Of a DNA stretch of 64,000 bases, positions 50,448 to 62,010 are shown one piece after another. Below the pieces are notes generated by a model that saw nothing but the letters and a program-made list of their open reading frames with translations, searched no databases and was not told the DNA's origin. Origin of the DNA: an uncultured Gammaproteobacteria bacterium (GTDB lineage: Bacteria; Patescibacteriota; Microgenomatia; CAYQLK01); contig CAYOLO010000002.1 of assembly GCA_964404855.1 (NCBI GenBank), positions 131,494 to 195,493 of the forward strand. The letters run 5' to 3'. How positions within the stretch are numbered: the first letter of the stretch is position 1; each line of letters begins with the position of its first letter. The position numbers and the translations under genes were made by a program.

Positions 50448-50993
50448 CTAGTTGCCCAGCCAGCTGCCGTGTGTGCCGATGATCTGCGTACCGTCGCGGA
50501 ACACGACCATGTCGTGGCTCGCACTAAAAATCCGCTTGCGCTGATCCTTGACTTCCAGCTTGAGGACCCAGCCGTTGAAGGACTGGGCCTGGACGTAGAC
50601 TCGGACCTGGCCGATCGGATTGGTCCTGATGTACTTCAGCCGATTGTTGATGATCTTGGTCGCGTCGAAGTTGACGACTTGGGCGCTGGCCAGGGTCATT
50701 TTTTCGAGGCTTGCAAGAAGAGTCTCCTCTGCAACGTTGGCATTGTCTACCTTAGCCATCTCCTCGCGGAATTTGGCAATGGCAAGCTCAAGCGGTTGGT
50801 CTTGGAGGTCAATGGCGAGGGTGGAGAAGATCGTCAGGACGACTGTCCTGTCTGCGTACGCGGCTTCAACAAGCCGAGTCAGCGTCCTCACACCGTGAGT
50901 ACGTCCGACGACCTCAAACATATACGGAAGCTGAAGTCCGTATGGAATGAGATCTTCGACCGAAGGGTATATTGTCCTTTTTTTGCGGGGCAA
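50448..50993 (-). CDS. GC-rich hypothetical protein (cassette-type)
   Basis: TTG start with AAGGA SD, promoter TTGCAA-N17-TATAAT at 51029-51057, type B terminator at 50396-50419. Confidence 0.72.
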   Translation of the reverse strand: MPRKKRTIYPSVEDLIPYGLQLPYMFEVVGRTHGVRTLTRLVEAAYADRTVVLTIFSTLAIDLQDQPLELAIAKFREEMAKVDNANVAEETLLASLEKMTLASAQVVNFDATKIINNRLKYIRTNPIGQVRVYVQAQSFNGWVLKLEVKDQRKRIFSASHDMVVFRDGTQIIGTHGSWLGN

Positions 50994-51072
50994 ACTTCAC
51001 TTCCTTTTTCAGGTGCGATTTACAGCTAATTATAACCTATAATAATGTAAATTGCAATTATGTAGGAGGAGG

Positions 51073-53193
51073 TTAAACTGACTGACCTTTGGATTTGGCG
51101 ACGATGGTGGCAGCGATATTGCTAGGCACGACATCATAATGACTGGGAAGAAGAACTGATGTCCCGCGACCCTGAGTCATCGAACGAAGATTGGTTGTGT
51201 AGCCAAACATCTCTGATAATGGAACGAGTGCTCGAATAATTGTGGCATTACCGCGGCTTTCGGAACCTTGGATCTGTGCTCTTTTGCTGGAAAGATCGCC
51301 CATAATGTCACCCATAAATTCGTCAGGGACGGTGACTTCGACGTTCATAATAGGCTCAAGCAGAACCATATCTGCATGTTTGGCCGCGTCTTCGATAGCC
51401 ATACTGCCCGCAATTTTGAAAGCCATTTCGGACGAGTCGACATCATGGAAAGAGCCGTCATAAACAGTGACCTTCATGTCAACCACGGGGTAGCCGGCTA
51501 AAATACCTGAGGCCATTTTTTCGGTAACACCTTTGTTGATTGGAGTAATAAATTCCTGAGGAATTGCCCCGCCTTTGATTTCACTTGCCCAAATATAACC
51601 TTCTCCGCGACCAAGCGGTTCGACACGCAACAGACAGTGACCATATTGACCACGACCTCCAGATTGACGAATATATTTACCCTCTCCGTTTGCCTGCTTG
51701 GTGATTGTTTCTCTGTAGGCAACCTGGGGTTGACCAACATTAGCCTCGACTTTGAATTCGCGCTTCATACGATCAGCAAGAATCTCAAGGTGAAGTTCTC
51801 CCATTCCGGAAATGATGGTCTGTCCGGTCTCGTGATCGGTTTTGATCCTGAATGTCGGGTCCTCTTCGGAGAGTTTGGAGAGAGCCAGACCCATTTTTTC
51901 CTGATCGGCTTTGGTTTTTGGCTCGATCGCTAAATCGATAACCGGCTCTGGGAAGGTAATACTTTCAAGGACGATGGGCTTGGTTTCTTCAGCAAGAGTG
52001 TCTCCGGTAATTGTCTTTTGCAAACCAATAACGGCAACGATTTCTCCAGCAAAGGCTTCTTTGATCTCTTCGCGCTTGTCAGCATGCATTAACAGTAATC
52101 GTCCGGCACGCTCTTTTTCTCCTTTGGTTGTGTTGGTGATATACGAGCCAGAAGATAATGTGCCGGAATAGACACGGACAAAAGTTAATTTACCAACGTG
52201 GGGATCGACTTGGATTTTGAATGCAAGACCACAGAATGGTTCTTCGGGGGTATTCTTACGAACTTCTGGTTCGCCTGTTTTGGGATTAGTTCCGTGTGTT
52301 TCGCCAACATCCTGAGGAGAAGGAAGGAATTGTACAACTGCATCAAGCAAGGGTTGGACGCCTTTGTTGCGCAAACTGGAACCGGCAAGTACCGGAACAA
52401 TCTGATAATTGATAACGGCTTTTCTGAGTGCGGTATAAAGCTCATCGAGCGTGGGCTCCTGACCATTAAGGAATTTTTCGATCAGGTTATCGTCGGTTTC
52501 GGAGATCTTCTCGATTAAAATCGCGCGATATTTTTCGACTTCAGCTTTGTGTTCTTCGGTTACGTCCGAAAGAGTGTATTTAGCACCTGTTTCGTCAGTT
52601 TCCCAAATATATTCTTTGCGTGTAAGCAGGTCGATAACACCCTTAAAGTCGTTTTCGGAACCGATAGGAATATTATATGCTACTGCCGGAGCAGCAAGCC
52701 GATCCTTGATCGATTGAAGAGTTGCGTGAAAGTCTGCACCAAGTTTGTCCATTTTGTTAACAAAACAAACTCTAGGAACTTTGTATTTGTCTGCTTGACG
52801 CCAAACGGTTTCTGATTGTGACTGAACACCTTCTTCGGCATCCAGAACTGTAACACCGCCGTCCAAAACACGCAGGGCGCGCTCAACCTCGGCAGTGAAA
52901 TCGACATGACCCGGAGTGTCGATAATATTGATTCGGTGTTCAATTCCTTCAAAAAGATTGCCTGTGGGTGTCCAAAATGTAGTCGTCGCAGCTGAGGTGA
53001 TGGTGATGCCACGCTCCTTTTCCTGCTCCATCCAGTCCATTGTGGCTGCACCTTCGTGAACTTCACCAATTTTGTAACTTTTGCCTGTGTAATAGAGAAT
53101 TCTTTCTGAAGTTGTAGTTTTGCCTGCGTCGATATGGGCAATGATTCCGATGTTTCTAATTCTGTCGAGTGGGTAGGAACGTGTGTCAGCCAT
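51073..53193 (-). CDS. fusA: elongation factor G
   Basis: [25 protein letters not shown]. Confidence 0.99.
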   Translation of the reverse strand: MADTRSYPLDRIRNIGIIAHIDAGKTTTSERILYYTGKSYKIGEVHEGAATMDWMEQEKERGITITSAATTTFWTPTGNLFEGIEHRINIIDTPGHVDFTAEVERALRVLDGGVTVLDAEEGVQSQSETVWRQADKYKVPRVCFVNKMDKLGADFHATLQSIKDRLAAPAVAYNIPIGSENDFKGVIDLLTRKEYIWETDETGAKYTLSDVTEEHKAEVEKYRAILIEKISETDDNLIEKFLNGQEPTLDELYTALRKAVINYQIVPVLAGSSLRNKGVQPLLDAVVQFLPSPQDVGETHGTNPKTGEPEVRKNTPEEPFCGLAFKIQVDPHVGKLTFVRVYSGTLSSGSYITNTTKGEKERAGRLLLMHADKREEIKEAFAGEIVAVIGLQKTITGDTLAEETKPIVLESITFPEPVIDLAIEPKTKADQEKMGLALSKLSEEDPTFRIKTDHETGQTIISGMGELHLEILADRMKREFKVEANVGQPQVAYRETITKQANGEGKYIRQSGGRGQYGHCLLRVEPLGRGEGYIWASEIKGGAIPQEFITPINKGVTEKMASGILAGYPVVDMKVTVYDGSFHDVDSSEMAFKIAGSMAIEDAAKHADMVLLEPIMNVEVTVPDEFMGDIMGDLSSKRAQIQGSESRGNATIIRALVPLSEMFGYTTNLRSMTQGRGTSVLLPSHYDVVPSNIAATIVAKSKGQSV

Positions 53194-53199
53194 AGTTGA

Positions 53200-53679
53200 T
53201 TACCACCTAAAGTGTGCGAAGGCTTTGTTAGCTTCGGCCATTCTAATCGTGTCTTCTCGTTTCTTAATCGCTGCACCAATATTGTTACTGGCATCGATAA
53301 GCTCAGCGACTAATTTGTCTTTCATAGTGTGGTATTCACGCGATGGACGGTCATGGGCTGCTTTGATGATCCAGCGGATAGCCAGAGCCTCTTTGCGGTC
53401 ACCGCGAACTTCGACCGGAACCTGATAGTTGGCACCACCGACACGACGGGGACGAACTTCAACGCGCGGAGCGACATTATTAATAGCGGTTTCAAAAACA
53501 TCCAAAGCGTCTTTTTTGGTTTTGGCAGCAATTTCGTCAAAGGCGGAATAAACGATTTTTTGTGCGATTGTTTTTTTACCGGATTCCATTACACGGTTAA
53601 TAAAACGGGTAACAACCAGTGAATTGTAGATCGGGTCCGGTTCAATTGTTCGTTTAGCAATAGCTTTGTTTCTTGACAT
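53200..53679 (-). CDS. rpsG: 30S ribosomal protein S7
   Basis: [20 protein letters not shown]. Confidence 0.98.
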   Translation of the reverse strand: MSRNKAIAKRTIEPDPIYNSLVVTRFINRVMESGKKTIAQKIVYSAFDEIAAKTKKDALDVFETAINNVAPRVEVRPRRVGGANYQVPVEVRGDRKEALAIRWIIKAAHDRPSREYHTMKDKLVAELIDASNNIGAAIKKREDTIRMAEANKAFAHFRW

Positions 53680-53688
53680 AAAATATTT

Positions 53689-54135
53689 TTAGATTCCTTT
53701 AGCAGCAGCCTCTGCGGCGCTGGTAGCTCCGCCTTTTTTGGTTCCATATAGAGAGCGAGCTTTTTTGCGATTAACAACACCGGTAGCGTCGAGTTTGCCG
53801 CGAATGATGTGATATTTGACACCTGGCAAGTCTTTAACACGACCCCCGCGTACCATAACGACTGAGTGCTCAGCCAGCTGGTGACCAATACCCGGAATAT
53901 AAGCCGTAACTTCTTGCTTGTTACTCAATCTGACACGGGCAACCTTGCGAAGTGCTGAGTTAGGTTTTTTCGGGGTCATTGTTTTGACCACGGTACAGAC
54001 ACCTCTCTTTTGCGGAGCCGTGCCGGTTGTCGGACGGTTAATGAGCGAGTTAAAACTCTTACGCAAAACCGTGGCTTTGATTTTTTTTGGCTTGGATTTA
54101 CGTCCGTGCCTGATAAGTTGCTGTACTGTTGGCAT
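53689..54135 (-). CDS. rpsL: 30S ribosomal protein S12
   Basis: [18 protein letters not shown]. Confidence 0.99.
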   Translation of the reverse strand: MPTVQQLIRHGRKSKPKKIKATVLRKSFNSLINRPTTGTAPQKRGVCTVVKTMTPKKPNSALRKVARVRLSNKQEVTAYIPGIGHQLAEHSVVMVRGGRVKDLPGVKYHIIRGKLDATGVVNRKKARSLYGTKKGGATSAAEAAAKGI

Positions 54136-54170
54136 ATTTTTTTATTGCCGCGGGATTATACCTAAGCTTT

Positions 54171-57100
54171 TTAAGCTGCGTCAACCTCACCTTCTGCGGG
54201 AATGTTGTCGACGATAGCGCGATCGACTGAAGTTGGAATCAGGCGTCCAATAATTACGTTTTCCTTCATACCTAATAATGGATCAACTTTACCTTCAGAA
54301 GCAGCCTGTGTTAGGACATTGGTAGTTTCCTGGAACGAAGCGGCTGACAAGAAGCTTTCTGTGTAAAGAGAAGCTCTGGTGATACCTAAAATTACCAACT
54401 CTGCGGTAGCAGGCTCACCGCCTTCGGCGATTGTTTTGGCATTTTCGTACTCATATACATGCTTAGCAATGTGTTCGCCAGGCAGGAATTTGGTGTCACC
54501 TGAGGAGGTAATTTTGACTTTCTCACTCATCTTGCGAATGATGACTTCGAAGTGCTTGTCGTCGATAGGTACACCTTGGGCCTCATAAACACTCTGCGCT
54601 TCGTCGGCGATGTATTTTTGAGCTTCACGCAAACCTTTGACTCTTAGAATTTCTTTAACGTCAAGATGACCTTTTGAAAGCGGTTCTCCGGCTTTTATAG
54701 TGTCGCCGGTAGTGATATTAAGATCTTCAGTCAAAGGCAAGAGGTACTGTTTTTCGGTGACGGGTTTTTCGGAACCTTTGATCGTGATAACAAAACCCTC
54801 AGCAGTCTCATCAACTGTGACCTTACCGGTTATTTCAGCAATCGGCGCGGAAACTTTGGGTGTTCGGGCCTCAAGCAGTTCTTCAACACGCGGTAGACCT
54901 TGGGTAATATCGGTTCCAACAATACCTCCGGTGTGGAAGGTTCTCATTGTCAGCTGTGTTCCCGGCTCACCAATACTTTGAGCGGCGATGACACCAACCG
55001 GCGTACCGATCTCAACTAGTTTGCGGGTTGAAGTGTCCCGACCGTAACAAAGTGCACAAAGTCCAATCGTAGCTTCACAAGTCAACGGCGAGCGGACGAT
55101 AATTTCATCAGCTGAGTCGGCGACTTTTTTGGCGGTAGTGAGATCGAGAAGGTCTCCGGCTTTTGCCACACCTTTGACGTCTTTAGCAAGAACCATACCA
55201 ATAATTCGATTCTCAAAAGCTGCACGGCGAGCCGGATCGGTTTTGAAAACAGTTATACCTTCCTTGGTACCACAGTCAAGCTGACGAATGATTACGTCGT
55301 GAGAAACATCAACCAAACGTCGAGTTAGATATCCTGACTCAGCTGTACGCAGAGCACGGTCTGCCAGACCTTTTCTGGCACCACGACTCGAGGTGAAGTA
55401 CTCAAAGACACTTAACCCCTGGCGGAAATTACTCTTGGTTGGAAGAGGAACAATCTTACCGGAAGGGTCTTGAACCAAACCTTTCATACCCGAAAGCTGT
55501 TTAATTTGGTCTGAAGATGCACGACTTCCACCTGAATCAGAAATCATTTTGACCGAGTTGTCGTTTTTGATCGCCGCCCAGGTCTTCTGGTACACGACAT
55601 CGGTTGTTTCTGTCCAGATGTCGTTGGTTAGGCGACGCTTTTCTGCTTCGGTGATCAGACCGTCGTCGAATTTCTTTTCGATTTCGTCAACGCGCTTATC
55701 TGCTTCAGCGATAATTTCGTCCTTTTCGGGCACGATCTCATTATCAAAAACAGAGACAGACAGACCGGAGACCGTAGCGAACCTGAATCCGATATTTTTG
55801 ACGTTGTCGATTAGTTTAAGCAGTTCTTCTTCTGTCAGGTTCTCAAGATGAGCACTGATTGTGGATTTAATTGTCGAGTTGCGGAAAGTCTCGTTAAGGA
55901 ATGGAATTTTGTCTGGCAACATGCGGTTGAAATTGATTCGACCGACAGTAGTCTCTACAACCTTGTCCTCCATTCTAACTTTGATTGGCTGACGCATGCC
56001 GATTTTGCCGTTCTGCCAAGCAAAAATCGCCTCTTCAGAGTCAACAAAAATCGTGTCAACCGGCTGAGCATCTTCATCGATCGAAGTGATGTAGTAAGCT
56101 CCAAGTGCCATTTCCTTGTTGGGGATCGTGATTGGAGTACCATCAGCTGGACGAAGAATATTCTGTGAAGCCATCATCAAACGACGCGCTTCAGCTTGTG
56201 CGTCGCTAGATAGCGGAACGTGGACTGCCATTTGGTCTCCGTCAAAGTCAGCGTTAAATCCTGCACAGATACAAGGGTGAATTCTAATTGCGTCACCTTC
56301 GATTAGTACCGGATAGAAGGCTTGAATACCAAGCTTGTGAAGAGTTGGAGCACGGTTAATCAAAACCGGGTGTTCACGGGTAATTTCTTCAAGAATATCC
56401 CAAACTTCGGGCGGTCTTTTCTCAAGTACGTGTTTTGCGCTCTTAACGTTAGGAGCCAGCCCAAGACCGATGAGGTCGCGAAGAACGAAAGGTTTGAACA
56501 TTTCAAGAGCCATTTCCTTGGGGATACCCACCTGGTCAAGATCGAGTTCCGGACCAACAACGATAACCGATCGTCCAGAGTAGTCAACACGCTTACCTAG
56601 AAGATTCTGACGGAATCTTCCCTGCTTACCGCGTAACATGTCAGAGAGGGAACGTAGCTCAGCCTGAGTTGTGCGAGTAGTGGTTGAACGGGAATTAGTA
56701 TCAATGAGAGCGTCAACTGCTTCCTGCAACATACGCTTTTCGTTGCGAAGAATGATTTCCGGTGCACCGAGGTCAATTAGTTTTTTGAGACGATTATTGC
56801 GGTTGATCACGCGACGGTATAGATCGTTAAGGTCACTTGTTGCAAAACGTCCACCGGATAGCTGGACCATCGGACGAAGATCGGGCGGAAGAACCGGAAG
56901 GACAGTAAGAACCATCCAAGTCGGGTCGATATCTGCCTTGCGCATACCTTCGGCAACTCTTAAACGCTTAGCGGCTTTGATATGTTTGATACCGGAGACT
57001 TCAGTAAGCTCTTTTCTTAGATCAGTAACAAGTGCGTCAAGATCGATGTTTTCAAGAATAGTCTTAATGGCTTCTGAACCCATTCCGACTTTGAGGAATG

Positions 57101-57869
57101 ATGCGACACCGAGATAATCGAGTGTTAAGTAGTCTTCCTCGGAAAGCAGGTTGAGGGGCTTGACTGAGGACATTAATTTCTCGAGCTTTTTGTACTTTTC
57201 TTCGATTTTGGCGAGTTCAATGCTGTGTGCATCACGAAGCAAAGCAATTTTGTGACGAGAAGCTAATTCCATCTCTTCGACTTTGAGGTCGAGATTGCTT
57301 TTTTCTTTAGTTTTTTTGACTTCTTTTACCTCTGCTTCGGATTCTTTTTTGACTGCACCGATTTGTTCTTCAAGAACCTTGACAGCCGAAGCGATTTCTT
57401 TTTCCTGAAGAGTTTTGAGTTTTTCTATGTCTTCTTTGCGCTTCTCAGGATCAAGGGAAATAACAATATAACTAGCAAAATAAATGACTGCATCAAGACT
57501 GCGCGGAGAAATATCCAGTAGTAAGCCGAGTTTGCTGGGCGCACCACGGAAGAACCAACTGTGAACGACAGGAGCTGAAAGAGACAAGTGCCCCATTCTT
57601 TCGCGGCGGACGCGTGCCTGAGTTACTTCAACGCCACATTTTTCACAAATAATACCGCGGAATCTGATCCTCTTGTATTTACCACAGTAACATTCCCAGT
57701 CTTTGACTGGTCCAAAAATACGCTCATCAAAAAGACCATCCTTCTCTGGTTTGAGGGTACGATAGTTGATGGTTTCCGGTTTGGTAATCTCTCCATGAGA
57801 CCATTCTTTGATATTTTCCGGTGAAGCTAGAGTGATTTTTAGTGCTTTGAAATCAAGCAGGGCTTTCAT
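54171..57869 (-). CDS. rpoC: RNA polymerase beta' subunit
   Basis: NADFDGDQM, GRFRQNLLGKRVDYS, zinc finger. Confidence 0.99.
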   Translation of the reverse strand: MKALLDFKALKITLASPENIKEWSHGEITKPETINYRTLKPEKDGLFDERIFGPVKDWECYCGKYKRIRFRGIICEKCGVEVTQARVRRERMGHLSLSAPVVHSWFFRGAPSKLGLLLDISPRSLDAVIYFASYIVISLDPEKRKEDIEKLKTLQEKEIASAVKVLEEQIGAVKKESEAEVKEVKKTKEKSNLDLKVEEMELASRHKIALLRDAHSIELAKIEEKYKKLEKLMSSVKPLNLLSEEDYLTLDYLGVASFLKVGMGSEAIKTILENIDLDALVTDLRKELTEVSGIKHIKAAKRLRVAEGMRKADIDPTWMVLTVLPVLPPDLRPMVQLSGGRFATSDLNDLYRRVINRNNRLKKLIDLGAPEIILRNEKRMLQEAVDALIDTNSRSTTTRTTQAELRSLSDMLRGKQGRFRQNLLGKRVDYSGRSVIVVGPELDLDQVGIPKEMALEMFKPFVLRDLIGLGLAPNVKSAKHVLEKRPPEVWDILEEITREHPVLINRAPTLHKLGIQAFYPVLIEGDAIRIHPCICAGFNADFDGDQMAVHVPLSSDAQAEARRLMMASQNILRPADGTPITIPNKEMALGAYYITSIDEDAQPVDTIFVDSEEAIFAWQNGKIGMRQPIKVRMEDKVVETTVGRINFNRMLPDKIPFLNETFRNSTIKSTISAHLENLTEEELLKLIDNVKNIGFRFATVSGLSVSVFDNEIVPEKDEIIAEADKRVDEIEKKFDDGLITEAEKRRLTNDIWTETTDVVYQKTWAAIKNDNSVKMISDSGGSRASSDQIKQLSGMKGLVQDPSGKIVPLPTKSNFRQGLSVFEYFTSSRGARKGLADRALRTAESGYLTRRLVDVSHDVIIRQLDCGTKEGITVFKTDPARRAAFENRIIGMVLAKDVKGVAKAGDLLDLTTAKKVADSADEIIVRSPLTCEATIGLCALCYGRDTSTRKLVEIGTPVGVIAAQSIGEPGTQLTMRTFHTGGIVGTDITQGLPRVEELLEARTPKVSAPIAEITGKVTVDETAEGFVITIKGSEKPVTEKQYLLPLTEDLNITTGDTIKAGEPLSKGHLDVKEILRVKGLREAQKYIADEAQSVYEAQGVPIDDKHFEVIIRKMSEKVKITSSGDTKFLPGEHIAKHVYEYENAKTIAEGGEPATAELVILGITRASLYTESFLSAASFQETTNVLTQAASEGKVDPLLGMKENVIIGRLIPTSVDRAIVDNIPAEGEVDAA

Positions 57870-60800
57870 TATTTGTCTTCTCCTTCTTTTTCATCCTCGT
57901 CCGAGGAAGTACTTTCTTCTAGTTCGGTGAGTTCAGCTTCTGCCTCGGCGTCTTCAGCCGATTCGTCTTCAGTAATTTCGTTTTCTGCTTCGACACTCTT
58001 GATGTCAGGAACGATTTCGGAAAGAATTTCTTCTTCAGCGACATCGGCTTTGGCTTCGACTTTTTCTTCGGGTTTGCCGTCTTCGGATTTGTCTGACTCG
58101 TCAATGATCGTAGCACCTAAAGCTTCGACATTGAGTGAAAGCGATTGAAGTTCTTTGACAAGGACTTTGAATGATTCCGGAATTTGAGGAGTTGGAATAT
58201 CGGTTCCTTTGACTATAGCTTCGAATGCTTTTGGTCGGCCGACAATGTCGTCGGACTTAATCGTTAACATTTCCTGAAGGATGTGGGCGGCACCGTAAGC
58301 TTCGAGAGCCCAAACCTCCATTTCTCCAAGACGCTGTCCACCCATTTGAGCTTTACCACCGAGTGGCTGCTGAGTAATGAGTGAGTAGGGTCCGGTAGAA
58401 CGTGCGTGAGTCTTGTCCTCAACCATGTGGATAAGTTTGAGAATATAACTAGTTCCGACAACGATCGGACGATCGAATGCTTCACCCGTGCGGCCGTCGT
58501 AGAGAGTAGTTTTACCGTTGACCGGCAGACCGGCTTTGCCAAACTGTTCGACAATGACATCCTCGTCAACCTCTTCGAATACAGGAAGGGCTACTTTGTA
58601 ACCGAGTTTTTCGGCACTAACTCCAAGGTGGGCCTCCATCAATTGGCCAAGGTTCATACGAGCAAGAACAGACAAAGGACTAATGATGATATCAACAGGC
58701 TTGCCTTCTGCTGTGTGTGGCATATCAGCTTCGGGAACAATCTTTGAGATGACACCTTTGTTTCCGTGGCGACCACAAAGTTTGTCTCCAACAACGACTT
58801 TGCGCATTTGAGCAATTTTGACGGTAATCTTTTTGATCGCACCAGGCTCCAATTCGTCACCGGCGGCACGTGATAAGACTTTGATTCCGATAACGGTACC
58901 GCGCTCACCGTGAGGAACTCTCAAGGAAGTATCTCTGACCTCGCGGGCTTTTTCACCAAAAATTGCGCGTAGCAGACGCTCCTCAGCAGTAAGCTCGGTC
59001 TCACCTTTTGGAGCAATTTTTCCAACAAGAATATCGTTAGGTCCGACTTCTGCACCGATAACAATAACTCCGTCTTCGTCGAGGTTGGCTAGATCTTCTT
59101 CAGAAACGTTTGGGATATCGCGTGTGGTCTCTTCTGGTCCGAGCTTGGTGTCAACAACAACTGCGGTGTGTTCTTCGATGTGAACAGAGGTCAAAAGATC
59201 ACTCTTAACGAGGCGGTCGGAAATAACAATAGCGTCTTCGTACCCCAAACCGTCGTAACTCATGTAAGCAATGGTTAGGTTCTGTCCGAGTGCTAATTCT
59301 CCGCCCTCTGAAGCTGGACCATCAACCAGAACATCGCCTGCTTTGAAGCTGTCGCCGGTATAAACAAATGGTCTCTGTGAGTAACAAGTAGATTGCTGCG
59401 AACGAACGAATTTTTTGATCGGGTAGGTAACCAGCTCTTTTTCGCCAGCGTAGCGAACTACGACTTTGTTGGCGTCAGCGAATTCGACTTTACCGTCTTT
59501 TTCGGCGGTAATAACCCGACCCATTGTTACCGAAACTGGATTTTCCATACCTGTACCAATAATCGGTGAGTGAGGGATAAGAAGCGGTACTGCCTGACAC
59601 TGCATGTGTGTACCCATCAAAGCACGGTTAGCATCGTCGTGGCTAAGGAATGGAATAAGCGAAGCTGATGTACCAATGATCTGGCGAGGAATAATATCGA
59701 TATAGTCTACGTCGGTAGCTAGTGCGGTAGTGAATTCACCCATGTGGCGAACCGGAACACGGTTTTCGACGATTGTACCGTCTTTTGCTAGCTCTATTTC
59801 TGAATGAGTGATGATGGCTTCATCCTCGTCGTCAGCAGTGATATAAACGATTTCGTCGGTTACGACAGCCTTGTCGCCTTTTTTGACCACTTTGCGATAA
59901 GGTGCTTCGATAAAACCTAATTCGTTGATACGGGCATAAAGAGCAAGATAGGTAACCAGACCAATGTTCGGACCTTCAGGACTTCTGACTGGGCAAATAC
60001 GTGAATACTGCGAGGAGTTGATATCGCGAATCGAGAAAGCTGCTCTTTCACGGGTAATACCGCCCGTACCCATAACTGACAGTCTGCGCATTGTGTCAAC
60101 TTCGGCCAGAGGATTAGTCTGATCAAGAATTGTTGCCAACTGCGAAGTGCGGAAGAATTCGTTAATTGCAGACATAACAGGTCGGGCATTAACTAACGTA
60201 GCTGGTGTTGGTGGAATTTCCGGATTAGCTGTGGTCATTCTTTCGCGAATAACGCGCTCAAGACGAAGAATACCGACACGGAAGGCGTTCTGCTGAGTCA
60301 GTTCACCAACTGAGCGTACGCGGCGGTTACCAAGATGGTCAATGTCATCAACGCGGCCTTTGTTAAAACTCAGACCAATTAGGTAAGCAATTGAAGCAAG
60401 AAGGTCGGTTTTGTTGAGAATAAGAGGATTAGAATCTTCTGAATCAGCGGATTTGACTAGCGGTTTGATGTCTTTGAGCTTGCGGTCCATTTTGTAACGG
60501 CCGACTTCGGCGAGGTTGTAACGACGATCATTGAAGAACATTCCTTCAACCATAGCTCTGGCTGTATCGAGAACCAGAGGATCGCCGGGTCGCATACGGC
60601 GGTATATTTCCAGCAGAGCTTCGTCGGAGTTGGTAGTTGTGTCTTTTGCCAGGGTATTGTGAATAAAAGCCATCTCTTCTTCAGGTAAGAATTTGAAAGC
60701 TTCGATTATCTGTTCATCACTGCTGAGTCCGATCGCGCGCAAAAAGGTAGTAACCGGGAATTTGCGGCGGCGGTCGATTTTGACATTGATCGTGTCGGTA

Positions 60801-61318
60801 CGACTAAGTGAAAATTCGAGCCAGGAACCTCTAAGCGGACGAACCTCGGCTGTGTAGAGGATTTTTCCGGTACCGGGATCCATAGCTGCGGAGTAATAAA
60901 CACCAGGAGCTCGAACTAGCTGATGAACAATTGCACGCTCAACACCATTGACAATGAAAGTACCGCGTTCAAGCATTAGAGGGATATCACAGAGGAATAC
61001 TTCCTGATTGATTGTCTCTTCGGTTTGTTTGTTTGTGAGTTTGGCCTGAACTTTGAGTGGTGCGTCGTAGGTAAGGCCCTTTTCTACTGCTTCTTCCGGG
61101 GTAATGGCCGGCTTGCCAAGTGTTAATTTGGAGAATTCCAGTCGATAGTTCTTGCCGGTAACATCCTCGATAGGGCTGATCTCGCGGATAACTTCTTCTA
61201 GACCCGTGTCTAGGAATTTCTGGAATGATGTCTTGTGGATTTTGAGCAGATCAAGATTAGGAAGGTTGGGTGTCTGACGACCCCAATAAAGACGTGTTTT
61301 GTAATTTGTTTCAGCCAT
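57869..61318 (-). CDS. rpoB: RNA polymerase beta subunit (acidic C-terminal tail)
   Basis: DDIDHLGNRR, GDKLCGRHGNKG, GQRLGEMEVWALE. Confidence 0.99.
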   Translation of the reverse strand: MAETNYKTRLYWGRQTPNLPNLDLLKIHKTSFQKFLDTGLEEVIREISPIEDVTGKNYRLEFSKLTLGKPAITPEEAVEKGLTYDAPLKVQAKLTNKQTEETINQEVFLCDIPLMLERGTFIVNGVERAIVHQLVRAPGVYYSAAMDPGTGKILYTAEVRPLRGSWLEFSLSRTDTINVKIDRRRKFPVTTFLRAIGLSSDEQIIEAFKFLPEEEMAFIHNTLAKDTTTNSDEALLEIYRRMRPGDPLVLDTARAMVEGMFFNDRRYNLAEVGRYKMDRKLKDIKPLVKSADSEDSNPLILNKTDLLASIAYLIGLSFNKGRVDDIDHLGNRRVRSVGELTQQNAFRVGILRLERVIRERMTTANPEIPPTPATLVNARPVMSAINEFFRTSQLATILDQTNPLAEVDTMRRLSVMGTGGITRERAAFSIRDINSSQYSRICPVRSPEGPNIGLVTYLALYARINELGFIEAPYRKVVKKGDKAVVTDEIVYITADDEDEAIITHSEIELAKDGTIVENRVPVRHMGEFTTALATDVDYIDIIPRQIIGTSASLIPFLSHDDANRALMGTHMQCQAVPLLIPHSPIIGTGMENPVSVTMGRVITAEKDGKVEFADANKVVVRYAGEKELVTYPIKKFVRSQQSTCYSQRPFVYTGDSFKAGDVLVDGPASEGGELALGQNLTIAYMSYDGLGYEDAIVISDRLVKSDLLTSVHIEEHTAVVVDTKLGPEETTRDIPNVSEEDLANLDEDGVIVIGAEVGPNDILVGKIAPKGETELTAEERLLRAIFGEKAREVRDTSLRVPHGERGTVIGIKVLSRAAGDELEPGAIKKITVKIAQMRKVVVGDKLCGRHGNKGVISKIVPEADMPHTAEGKPVDIIISPLSVLARMNLGQLMEAHLGVSAEKLGYKVALPVFEEVDEDVIVEQFGKAGLPVNGKTTLYDGRTGEAFDRPIVVGTSYILKLIHMVEDKTHARSTGPYSLITQQPLGGKAQMGGQRLGEMEVWALEAYGAAHILQEMLTIKSDDIVGRPKAFEAIVKGTDIPTPQIPESFKVLVKELQSLSLNVEALGATIIDESDKSEDGKPEEKVEAKADVAEEEILSEIVPDIKSVEAENEITEDESAEDAEAEAELTELEESTSSDEDEKEGEDK

Positions 61319-61510
61319 ACAAAGTAACTTTTTTAGTATAAAAAGATTCAGGCAGCACGAACAATATTTATATGTATAAAGGATTTCCTAGTTACCCGAG
61401 CCCTATTGCGAGGCGCAACCAAATAGAGTTGCTTTTGATGCTCAAATCTTTCAGACAAAAGACCACAAAACCACAGGAATTACTCCCCTGCTGTCAAGTG
61501 GTTAAGGGCA

Positions 61511-61539
61511 AATATATACGTATTTGCTGAATGTGTCAA
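61511..61539 (-). promoter_or_regulatory. putative rpoB promoter
   Basis: TTGACA-N17-TATATT. Confidence 0.6.
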
Positions 61540-61795
61540 TAGTCTTTTTTATAGTTTCTTTTTAAAAAACAATTATTATATTTCCCTCTTCACTTTTTGA
61601 TGACTGGCAGTTTGTGTATTACCGGCCACTCATCAAGCTAGATTTTCAGATTTAGAAATCACTTGTTGTGTTGATTTGTATTTTATTTTTAAGGAATATC
61701 TGAAAATCTAAAGCCGTTCAGAGGAAAATGTGATCAGTTTATGAGGAGCTTATTTTCTCCTTTTTCTTATGGCTTTTTTAGTTTTTTTAAGAAAA

Positions 61796-61965
61796 AGCCC
61801 CGTGGGTTGAGCACGGGGCGGGGTGTGGATTGGTCAGCCTGCCAAGGCAACAAAGTAGAGCACAGAATACGACCGCGCGCCCTATCGGGTTTATCGGACA
61901 TGTTCCAGAACGCCCTTGAACAGGTCATCCACACCAGGTAATTATATTACCGCTGGTCAAATAAT
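61796..61965 (-). pseudogene. degenerate cassette remnant
   Basis: Type B terminator, ~100 bp of GC-rich broken coding-like sequence, collapsed promoter module attata-N~10-gtcaaataata. Confidence 0.45.
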
Positions 61966-62010
61966 AAAAAACCCTCCTTTTTAGGGGAGGGCTAAGAGGG
62001 TCGGAAGTTC

